Of a stretch of 64,000 nt of DNA, positions 56,899 to 64,000 are shown piece after piece. The notes below the pieces were generated by a model that was not told where the DNA came from, made no database searches, and worked only from the letters and a program-made list of their open reading frames with translations. The stretch is taken from positions 3,381-67,380 of the forward strand of contig JAYTTT010000112.1 of NCBI GenBank assembly GCA_043744895.1, written 5' to 3'. The stretch comes from Gemmatimonadota bacterium (GTDB lineage: Bacteria; Gemmatimonadota; Gemmatimonadetes; Gemmatimonadales; GWC2-71-9). Position numbers and translations under genes: made by a program. How positions within the stretch are numbered: position 1 is the stretch's first letter; the number at the start of each line of letters is the position of its first letter.

Positions 56899-58092
56899 AT
56901 GCAGAATCCGACTCTCGCCCTCGCCTTCTCCGGGGGCCTCGATACCAGCTACTGCGTGCCCCGGCTCACCGACCAGGGCTTTGCCGTCCACACCGTCTAC
57001 GTCAACACCGGCGGCGCCGGCCCTGACGAACGGGCCCAGATCCGCCGCCAGGCCATGGCGGTCGGAGCCGTCGAGCACCACGAAATTGATGCCCGCCAAG
57101 CCGTCTTCGAACGGTTCGTCCGCTATCTGATCCAGGGCAACGTGCTTCGGGGCGAGGTCTACCCGCTGAGCGTGGCCGCGGAACGAACCCAGCAAGCTAT
57201 CTCGGTCGTCGAGGTCGCCCGCCGGATTGGGGCCGGCTCGGTGGCCCACGGGTCGACCGGGGCCGGCAACGATCAGGTCCGCTTCGACATCGCGCTCCGG
57301 GTCTTGGCCCCGGAACTCGCCATCGTGACTCCGATCCGGGACGAAGGTCTCTCGCGCGACGCCGCGATCGCCTACCTCGAGGCCCGGAAGCTTCCGGTGC
57401 CGCCGAAGGCTGGCGCGTTCAGCATCAACAAGGGCCTCTGGGGCACCACCTGGGGCGGCGGTTGGACCCACGACACCTGGGCCGCGCCCCCGGCCGAGCT
57501 CCTCGATCCGCCCGCCGATGCCCCCGCCCCCAAGGATCTGGTCGTGGGCTGGGAGCAGGGCGTTCCGGTCAGTCTCGACGGCACCAAGCTGGCCCCCGCC
57601 GACCTGATTGCCACGATCAGCCGGGCGGCGGAGTCCTACGGGATCGGCCACAACATCCATGTCGGCGAAACGGCCCTTGGCATCAAGGGCCGGATCGGCT
57701 TCGAAGCCGGCGCCGCCATCATCCTGATCACCGCCCATCGCGATCTCGAGAAGCTGGTCCTCACCAAGTGGCAGAGCTACTGGAAGGACCACCTGTCCCG
57801 CTTCTATGGCGACCGGCTCCATGAAGGCCTCTACTTCGATCCGGCCCTCCGGGACATCGAGGCCCTGATCACCAGTTCGCAGCAGCGGGTCACCGGCGAC
57901 ACCAGGGTTCGGCTCGCCCCGGGCCGCTTCATGGTCACCGGAACCCGGAGTCCTTTCTCGTTGATGGACCGATCGGTCGCCACCTACGGCGAAGAAAACC
58001 GGCTCTGGACCGGCGACGAAGCCCGGGCCTTTGCCCGGATCGGTGCGATTCCCTCATTGCTCGCGGCCAAGGTTGCCGCGAAAGGCGGCTGA
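56899..58092 (+). CDS. argG: Argininosuccinate synthase
   Basis: LAFSGGLDTS, YPLSV.AER, AHGSTGAGNDQVRFD, TPIRD, GIKGRIGFEA. Confidence 0.95.
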   Translation: MQNPTLALAFSGGLDTSYCVPRLTDQGFAVHTVYVNTGGAGPDERAQIRRQAMAVGAVEHHEIDARQAVFERFVRYLIQGNVLRGEVYPLSVAAERTQQAISVVEVARRIGAGSVAHGSTGAGNDQVRFDIALRVLAPELAIVTPIRDEGLSRDAAIAYLEARKLPVPPKAGAFSINKGLWGTTWGGGWTHDTWAAPPAELLDPPADAPAPKDLVVGWEQGVPVSLDGTKLAPADLIATISRAAESYGIGHNIHVGETALGIKGRIGFEAGAAIILITAHRDLEKLVLTKWQSYWKDHLSRFYGDRLHEGLYFDPALRDIEALITSSQQRVTGDTRVRLAPGRFMVTGTRSPFSLMDRSVATYGEENRLWTGDEARAFARIGAIPSLLAAKVAAKGG

Positions 58093-58093
58093 C

Positions 58094-59188
58094 GTGGTCC
58101 GCACGACGCGGGTGCGGCTCGACCGGATCGCCTCCTCGACTAAGAACGCTCGGCTTGCCCCCGACGTGATTCTCGGCGACGACATCCTGGCCGAGGAGGG
58201 ACGGATCGTCGCGGTCCGCATTCTGACCGACAAGTCGAGCTATAACACGGTCGAAGATCCGAGCGGGCGGATGATGGCGCTCCGGGCCGGCGATGTCCTG
58301 GCCGGAACGTTAGGCTCGCGCCGGGCACTCCGGGGCTACGCCGGCGAAGTGCCCGCCTCCGTGGCCGTCGGCGACACCATCGAGGTCCTCAACTTGGGCG
58401 GCATTCTTGGCCGCTGTACCTCGATCAATCCCGACATCGGGCCGCCGTTCAAGGCTGAGGTCCTGGGCGCCGTTCTGACCTTCCCGGAGCTGGGCGACCG
58501 AATCGGCCGGCCGGCCACGATCAAGGACGGCGCGATTCCGGCGGCCGACGTGCTCAGTTCCGATACCCCGATCGTGTTCGTCGCGGGTACCTGCATGAAC
58601 GCCGGGAAGACGGTGGCGGCGACCGAGCTGGTCCGGGGGTTGTCGCGCCGGGGGCTCAAGGTCGGCGCGGCCAAGCTGACGGGCGTGTCGTTGATGCGCG
58701 ACACGCTCTCGATGCTCGACGCGGGGGCGGTGGCGGCCCTCACCTTCAACGATGCCGGGATCGCGAGCACCCATCCGGGGCAGACGGTCGGGGTCGCCAA
58801 GGGCTTGCTCAACCGGCTCGGCAGCCGCCAGGCCGGGTCGCCCGATGTGATCGTGGCCGAGCTGGGCGACGGAATTCTCGGCGAGTACGGCGTCCAGGAC
58901 ATTCTCCTCGACGCCCAGTTGATGAGCGTGGCGGCGGCCCACGTGATGGCCGCCCCCGATCCGGTGGCCTGCTGGGGGGCGCTCGAACTGTTCCGCGACC
59001 GGTTCAAGCTACCGATCGCGGTGTTCACCGGGCCGGCCACCGACAATCAGGTTGGGCGCGACTTCATTGAAGGCACCCTTGGCTTGCCCTCGCACAACGC
59101 CCTTCGGGACGCCGCCGGCTTGGTCGACCGGATCGAGCCGCTGGTTCGAGCGGCCATGGCGGCCGCCGTTCCAGCCGCGGCGGGCTAA
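58094..59188 (+). CDS. Uncharacterised P-loop protein, DUF1611/DgcN-like, embedded in the arg operon
   Basis: GTG start 1 nt after the argG stop; stop overlaps the argC ATG; VAGTCMNAGKT, AAKLTG, DVIVAELGDG. Confidence 0.7.
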   Translation: MVRTTRVRLDRIASSTKNARLAPDVILGDDILAEEGRIVAVRILTDKSSYNTVEDPSGRMMALRAGDVLAGTLGSRRALRGYAGEVPASVAVGDTIEVLNLGGILGRCTSINPDIGPPFKAEVLGAVLTFPELGDRIGRPATIKDGAIPAADVLSSDTPIVFVAGTCMNAGKTVAATELVRGLSRRGLKVGAAKLTGVSLMRDTLSMLDAGAVAALTFNDAGIASTHPGQTVGVAKGLLNRLGSRQAGSPDVIVAELGDGILGEYGVQDILLDAQLMSVAAAHVMAAPDPVACWGALELFRDRFKLPIAVFTGPATDNQVGRDFIEGTLGLPSHNALRDAAGLVDRIEPLVRAAMAAAVPAAAG

Positions 59189-60216
59189 TGCGGGTCGCGG
59201 TCATCGGGGCGGCGGGCTATGTCGGCGGCGAGTTGCTCCGGCTCCTGTTCCAGCACCCGGACATATCCGACGTCCTGGCCACCAGCCGAAGTCAGGCGGG
59301 CAGGCCGTTAGGCGCCGCCCATCCGGCCCTGGCGTACCGGGCCGAGGCCCGGTTCTCCGGAGCCACGCCCGCGGAAGCGGCCCGAGGCATGGATGTAGTC
59401 TTCCTGGCCCTCGAACACGGCGAGTCCTCGAAGCTGATGGGCGACATTGTCGGTCAGGGGGCGGGGCTGATCATCGACTTGGCGGCTGATTTCCGGATTC
59501 GCGATGGCCGGCTCTACGCGGCGTACTACGGCGCTCACCCCGCGCCGGGGTTGGTCCATCGGTTCCAGTACGGCCTGGCTGACGTGCGGGGTCGTGAGCT
59601 GAGGGGGGCCACGGCGATCGCGGCTCCGGGATGCTTTGCCACGGCATCGCAGTTGGCGCTCTACGTCCTCCGCGCGGCTCCGCTGGTGGGCGAGCCCGTG
59701 ATCTATGGGATCACCGGTTCGAGCGGGGCGGGCGTTCATCCCAAGCCAACCACCCATCATCCGGCCCGGGCCCATAACGTGTTCGCCTACTCGGTCCTGG
59801 GCCACCGGCACGAGGCCGAGATGGCCGAGCAATGGCGGGCGTGGACCGGCCGGCCGGAGGCAACGCCGCGGCTCCTGTCGCACTCGGGGCCGTTCGTCCG
59901 GGGTATTTACGCCACCGTGCACGCCCATTTGCGGGAGCCGGTCGGCGCGGCGGTTGTCGCCGGGGCCGCGGCGGCATTCGCGGGCCGGCCGTTTGTCCGG
60001 GTGCTCGATGCGCCGCCGCAATTGACCCATGTGGTCGGCACCAACGACGCGCTGATTCACGCCGCCACCACCGCGGATGGCCGCGAAGTGGCGGTGACCG
60101 TGGCGATCGACAACTTGGTCAAAGGCGCCGGCGGCCAAGCGGTGCAGGCGATGAATTTGGCGCTCGGTCTCCCGGAAACGGCTGGCCTCCGGGTGGCGGC
60201 CCCGTTTCCGATCTAA
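59188..60216 (+). CDS. argC: N-acyl-gamma-glutamyl-phosphate reductase
   Basis: GAAGYVGGELLRLL..HP, VFLALEHG, IIDLAADFR, PGCFAT, HRHEAE, IDNLVKGAGGQAVQAMN. Confidence 0.93.
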   Translation: MRVAVIGAAGYVGGELLRLLFQHPDISDVLATSRSQAGRPLGAAHPALAYRAEARFSGATPAEAARGMDVVFLALEHGESSKLMGDIVGQGAGLIIDLAADFRIRDGRLYAAYYGAHPAPGLVHRFQYGLADVRGRELRGATAIAAPGCFATASQLALYVLRAAPLVGEPVIYGITGSSGAGVHPKPTTHHPARAHNVFAYSVLGHRHEAEMAEQWRAWTGRPEATPRLLSHSGPFVRGIYATVHAHLREPVGAAVVAGAAAAFAGRPFVRVLDAPPQLTHVVGTNDALIHAATTADGREVAVTVAIDNLVKGAGGQAVQAMNLALGLPETAGLRVAAPFPI

Positions 60217-60238
60217 TGCCCACGATGAGGAACGAAAG

Positions 60239-61390
60239 ATGACGGTAGCAACGACCGGGGCCTTGCTCCCCGTCTATGCCCAGTTTCCCCTCCGGGCCGT
60301 ATCCGGGCAGGGGTCGTGGATCGTGGACGACCAGGGCCAGAAGTGGCTCGACGCCTATGGTGGCCATGCGGTCGCGGCAACCGGCCACTCCCACCCCGAG
60401 GTGGTCCGGGCCATTTCGGAGCAGGCGGCCAAGCTGATCTTCTACTCTACGGTAATTCCCCATGCCGGCCGGGAAACGCTGGCCGAGGTGATTGCGTCGC
60501 TCTGTCCCGACCCGCTGGCCAAGGTGTTCTTTTGCAACAGCGGAGCGGAGGCCAACGAGAACGCTTTGGTGCTGGCCCGCAAAGTGACCGGCCGTCAGCG
60601 GATCGTCTCGGTGGCCGGTGGGTGGCATGGGCGCACGGTGGCCACGCTCGCGGTGACCGACGGGGCCAAGTATGAGGACGGGGCGCGACGAGCCGGGATT
60701 CCGTTGTCCTTCAAAGTGGCGTTCAACGACGTCACCGCCATGAGCGCCGCGGTCGACGAGTCGGTCGCGGCCGTTATCGTGGAGCCGGTCCAGGGCATGG
60801 CGGGTGCCCGCGATTGCTCGCCGGATTTCCTCCGAGCGGCCCGGATCGCGTGCGACCGGGAGGGCGCCGTCCTGATCTTCGACGAAATCCAGTGCGGAGT
60901 CGGGCGCTGCGGCGCGTTTACCGCCGCCGAGGCGTACGAAGTGATTCCCGATATTCTGACGCTGGCCAAGGGGCTCGCGGCCGGTCTGCCGATCGGCGCT
61001 ATGGTCGCCACGAACGCCATCACGGCAGGTCTCAAGATCGGCGATCTGGGAAGCACCTTCGGCGGCGGCCCGGTGCCGTGCGCCGCGGCGCTTGCCAATC
61101 TCGAAGTAATCCGCCGGGACCGGTTGGTGGAGAATGCCGTGATGGTGGGCGACCACATCCGCCGCGCGGCAGGTCGGATTCCCGCGGTCACCGACATTTC
61201 CGGCCGAGGGTTACTGATCGGTCTCACGCTCGACCGGCCGGCGGCCGGGGTGCAGCGGGCGTTGTTCGAGTCGCGGGTCCTGACCGGTACCGCTGGCGAT
61301 CCAAACATCCTCCGGCTGATGCCGCCGCTGTCCTTTTCTCGCACCGAAGCGAACCTTCTGATCGACGCCTTGCGTCGGGTCCTCTCATGA
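60239..61390 (+). CDS. argD: N-acylornithine aminotransferase (class III)
   Basis: FFCNSGAEANE, WHGRT, VEPVQG, IFDEIQCG.GR, LAKGLAAG.PIGA, STFGG. Confidence 0.9.
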   Translation: MTVATTGALLPVYAQFPLRAVSGQGSWIVDDQGQKWLDAYGGHAVAATGHSHPEVVRAISEQAAKLIFYSTVIPHAGRETLAEVIASLCPDPLAKVFFCNSGAEANENALVLARKVTGRQRIVSVAGGWHGRTVATLAVTDGAKYEDGARRAGIPLSFKVAFNDVTAMSAAVDESVAAVIVEPVQGMAGARDCSPDFLRAARIACDREGAVLIFDEIQCGVGRCGAFTAAEAYEVIPDILTLAKGLAAGLPIGAMVATNAITAGLKIGDLGSTFGGGPVPCAAALANLEVIRRDRLVENAVMVGDHIRRAAGRIPAVTDISGRGLLIGLTLDRPAAGVQRALFESRVLTGTAGDPNILRLMPPLSFSRTEANLLIDALRRVLS

Positions 61391-62400
61391 GAAAACGTGA
61401 TTTCCTGGCCACCGAGGATCTCGGCGCCGACGGCTTCAAGGCCATGCTTGATCTGGCCGCGCGGGTCAAGCGTGGTGAGGTGCCAGGTGGCCTCGAAGGC
61501 AAGATCATGGCCGCCGCGTTCTTGGACCCGAGTCTCCGCACCCGGGCCAGTTTCGAGTCGGCCATGTTCATGCACGGCGGGCATATGATCGTGCTGGAAC
61601 CGGGGCGGGGCAGCTGGAGCCTCGAAACCGAGCAGGGCGCCGTCATGGAAGGCACCGCCGTCGAGCACTTGATCGAGACCTCCCGGGTCCTGGGTCGGTA
61701 CGCGGATGTGATCGGGGTTCGGGTCTTTCCCCGCGGCACCGAGTGGGTCCGGGAGCGCCAGGACCGGATCATCAAGGATTTCGCCGCGTACAGCGAGAAG
61801 TCGGTGATCAATCTCGAATCGGCTCGCCGGCATCCCTGCCAGGGTCTGGCCGACGCGCTGACCCTGAAAGAAAAACTCGGCGATCCCAAGGGCAAGAAGT
61901 TCGTGATGAGCTGGGCCTGGCACCCGAAGGCGCTGCCCACGGCGGTGCCGGCCAGCGCGGCCATTGCCGCGGCGCAGTTAGGCATGGACGTGGTCATCGC
62001 CCGGCCCCAGGGGTTCGACCTTGACGCCGAGGACATGGCGACGATCTATCAGCAGGCGGCGGCTGCGGGGGGCCGAGTCACGCTCGCGCAGTCCCAAACG
62101 GATGCCATGGTCGGGGCCGATGCGGTCTATGTGAAGTCCTGGGGCTCGCTCCAGCACTACGGCAAGCCAGAGGAGGAGAAGGAGTTCCGGGCCGGGCTTC
62201 GGGGCTGGAAGATGACCACCGATTTGCTTCGGGCCACCAAGGCGGGCAGAGGGATCGTGATGCATTGTCTCCCGGTGCGGCGGAACGTCGAAATCGACGA
62301 TGCGGTCCTCGACGGCCCCTGCTCGGTGGTAATCGACGAAGCGGAGAACCGGCTCCATGTTCAGCGGGCGCTGCTCCTTGAGCTGATTGGAAAGAAATAA
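61387..62400 (+). CDS. argF': N-acylornithine carbamoyltransferase (AOTCase/SOTCase family; succinyl-type signature)
   Basis: SLRTRASF, WSLETEQGAVMEGTAVEH, HPCQGLAD, WAWHPKALP.AV, YVKSW, MHCLPVRRNV. Confidence 0.9.
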   Translation: MRKRDFLATEDLGADGFKAMLDLAARVKRGEVPGGLEGKIMAAAFLDPSLRTRASFESAMFMHGGHMIVLEPGRGSWSLETEQGAVMEGTAVEHLIETSRVLGRYADVIGVRVFPRGTEWVRERQDRIIKDFAAYSEKSVINLESARRHPCQGLADALTLKEKLGDPKGKKFVMSWAWHPKALPTAVPASAAIAAAQLGMDVVIARPQGFDLDAEDMATIYQQAAAAGGRVTLAQSQTDAMVGADAVYVKSWGSLQHYGKPEEEKEFRAGLRGWKMTTDLLRATKAGRGIVMHCLPVRRNVEIDDAVLDGPCSVVIDEAENRLHVQRALLLELIGKK

Positions 62401-63338
62401 TGTCGCCTCATGACGTGACCCGGCCTTTGGCGGGGTTGAAGGGTGCGCTCCGGTACGTTCGGGCCTATCGAGACCATGTGTTCGTGGTCAAGGTTGGCGG
62501 TGACGTCGTGGCCGACGGGCATGGACTCGACCAGGTGTCGGCCCAGCTGGGGCTCCTCCACAGCCTCGGCATCCGGATCGTCATCGTCCACGGCGGCGGT
62601 CCCCAGGCCACGGCGCTGAGCCGCCGCCTCGGGCACGAGCCCGAGATCGTGGCCGGGCGCCGGGTCACCGACGATGCGGCCCTCGAAGTGGTCAAAATGG
62701 TATTTGCCGGAACGGCCAACCTCGATTTGCTCTGCGCCCTTCGGCGGCACGGGGTGCAGGCGGTGGGCTTGAGCGGCGTCGATGCCGACCTGCTGTCGGC
62801 CACCAAGCGGCCGCCGGTGACGGTCACGGACGATGCCGGGGTGACCCGGGTGGTCGATTACGGGCACGTCGGCGAGATCGAGCACGTCGACGGCCGGGTG
62901 TTGACGACGCTCCTCGATCAGCGGTTCGTGCCGGTGATCTGTTCCTTGGCCGGCGACCGGGACGGTCACGTGTTCAACGTCAATGCCGACACCGTGGCCG
63001 AACGGATCGCGGTCGATCTCAAGGCTCAGAAACTGATCTTCCTGACCGGGGTGGCCGGTGTGCTTCGCGATCGCAACGATCCCTCCTCGCTCGTCACGTT
63101 CGCCGATCCCGACGATCTGGCCCAGTTGATGGAAGCCGGTGCCCTCGCCGGCGGCATGCGGCCCAAGGTCGAGGCCTGCATCCGGGCGGCGACCAGCGGG
63201 GTCGAGCGGACCCACATCATTGACGGCCGGGCCACCGACTCGCTGTTGCAGGAAGTGTTCACCGGATCTGGAACCGGGACGATGATCGTGGGCAAGAAAG
63301 AAAAGGCGACCTACGTCGGGGCTGAACTTGCGGAATGA
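62400..63338 (+). CDS. argB: N-acylglutamate kinase
   Basis: FVVKVGG, VHGGGPQ, GRRVTD, GLSGVD, NVNADTVA, GGMRPKV, IIDGR; 312 aa with no fused GNAT domain. Confidence 0.93.
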   Translation: MSPHDVTRPLAGLKGALRYVRAYRDHVFVVKVGGDVVADGHGLDQVSAQLGLLHSLGIRIVIVHGGGPQATALSRRLGHEPEIVAGRRVTDDAALEVVKMVFAGTANLDLLCALRRHGVQAVGLSGVDADLLSATKRPPVTVTDDAGVTRVVDYGHVGEIEHVDGRVLTTLLDQRFVPVICSLAGDRDGHVFNVNADTVAERIAVDLKAQKLIFLTGVAGVLRDRNDPSSLVTFADPDDLAQLMEAGALAGGMRPKVEACIRAATSGVERTHIIDGRATDSLLQEVFTGSGTGTMIVGKKEKATYVGAELAE

Positions 63339-64000
63339 AGTCGAGCTCCTGAAGGCGTTGGTGGCGTGCCCCTCAATCAGCGGCACCGAGGACGCGATTG
63401 CCCGGCTGGTCGAACAGGTCGCCGCGGGGTTCGGGCTTGACGTGGTACGCGACGATACCGGGGTCAAGATATCGGTCGATACCGGCCGGCCGGGCCGGAC
63501 GTTGGCGTTCCTTTCCCATCTCGATGTCGTGCCGCCGGGCGACGGCTGGACTCGCGATCCCTTTACCCCGGTGGTCGAGGGTGACCTGCTCTACGGCCGG
63601 GGCTCCGGCGACGCCAAGGCGTCGGTGGCCTCGATGCTGCTGGCCGCGCTCGACTTTGCCGAACAGCGAGGGAATTCGGTTGGCGGCTCGCTGTTGGTGG
63701 TGTTCGGTCTGGGCGAAGAAACGAAACACACGACGATGGGCCGGGCGGTCGCCACCTTGCCTCCGATCACCGCGGCGGTCGTTGGGGAGCCGACCAATCT
63801 CGACGTAGCGATTGCCCAGCGGGGCCTGATGATGGTCGACCTGGTGGCGCGCGGCGACCAGCGGCACGCGGGTTACGCCTCCGAGGGCAATTGTGCCAAT
63901 GCCATTACCCGGTTGGCGGCCGACCTGGTCCGGCTGCCGTCGCTGCTTCAGGATCGCATCCATCCGGTGTTAGGCACGACGACGGTGACGGCCACCATGA
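63328..64000 (+). CDS. argE: ArgE/DapE-family deacylase (partial, runs off the right edge)
   Basis: Manual translation: LLKALVACPSISGTE, FLSHLDVVP, LYGRGSGDAKASV, GEET, VVGEPT, QRHAG; TTG start is approximate. Confidence 0.8.
   Translation, partial: MRNEVELLKALVACPSISGTEDAIARLVEQVAAGFGLDVVRDDTGVKISVDTGRPGRTLAFLSHLDVVPPGDGWTRDPFTPVVEGDLLYGRGSGDAKASVASMLLAALDFAEQRGNSVGGSLLVVFGLGEETKHTTMGRAVATLPPITAAVVGEPTNLDVAIAQRGLMMVDLVARGDQRHAGYASEGNCANAITRLAADLVRLPSLLQDRIHPVLGTTTVTATM

Noticed and set aside
60814..61386. N-terminal extension of the 528-aa argF' ORF
   Set aside because: Overlaps argD in another frame; homology starts at MRKRDFL (61387) with an ATGA overlap
3736..63975. GTTAGGC/GCCTAAC copies as integron attC sites
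   Set aside because: They lie inside housekeeping CDS, are not paired as RYYYAAC...GTTRRRY 50-150 bp apart between cassette-like genes, and no integrase is present
59188..64000. LysW-dependent lysine/arginine pathway
   Set aside because: No lysW (EDWGE carrier) or lysX/argX ATP-grasp gene in the visible operon, and an N-acylornithine transcarbamylase argues for acyl protection; genes beyond the window edge are unseen

Overview
This is a GC-rich (roughly two-thirds G+C by eye) bacterial chromosomal segment. Gene content (PadR/ADOP permeases, caa3 oxidase, many secreted M20 peptidases, Ig-domain lipoproteins) suggests Gemmatimonadota or a relative; that assignment is inference. It holds about 55 genes: PadR+ADOP, two tandem secreted M20 amidohydrolases, greA with an orphan groES-like gene, a caa3 oxidase operon, a plant/Chlamydia-type FabI, tesA-ybbAP, a hybrid kinase, OmpA, alpha-2-macroglobulin+PbpC, a decayed accessory stretch (~38-44.7 kb), an RND pump, an osmoprotectant ABC transporter, a CocE/NonD hydrolase, and an arginine operon running off the right edge. 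Four observations stand out. (1) The arg operon (argG-X-argC-argD-argF'-argB-argE) shows no argA/argJ. It carries an uncharacterised DUF1611/DgcN-like P-loop protein X, and its transcarbamylase has Val at the residue that switches acetyl- to succinyl-ornithine specificity. Together these make a candidate N-succinylated arginine pathway with a new first enzyme. (2) The heptamer GTTAGGC/GCCTAAC occurs at least 28 times inside genes, in several frames, and forces rare codons. (3) Many genes are broken by short deletions. (4) Several regulatory sites are readable: an ARG box, PadR boxes, a Pho-like box and a greA leader terminator. No rRNA, tRNA, CRISPR array or transposase was recognised. All family calls come from motif recognition, not database searches.
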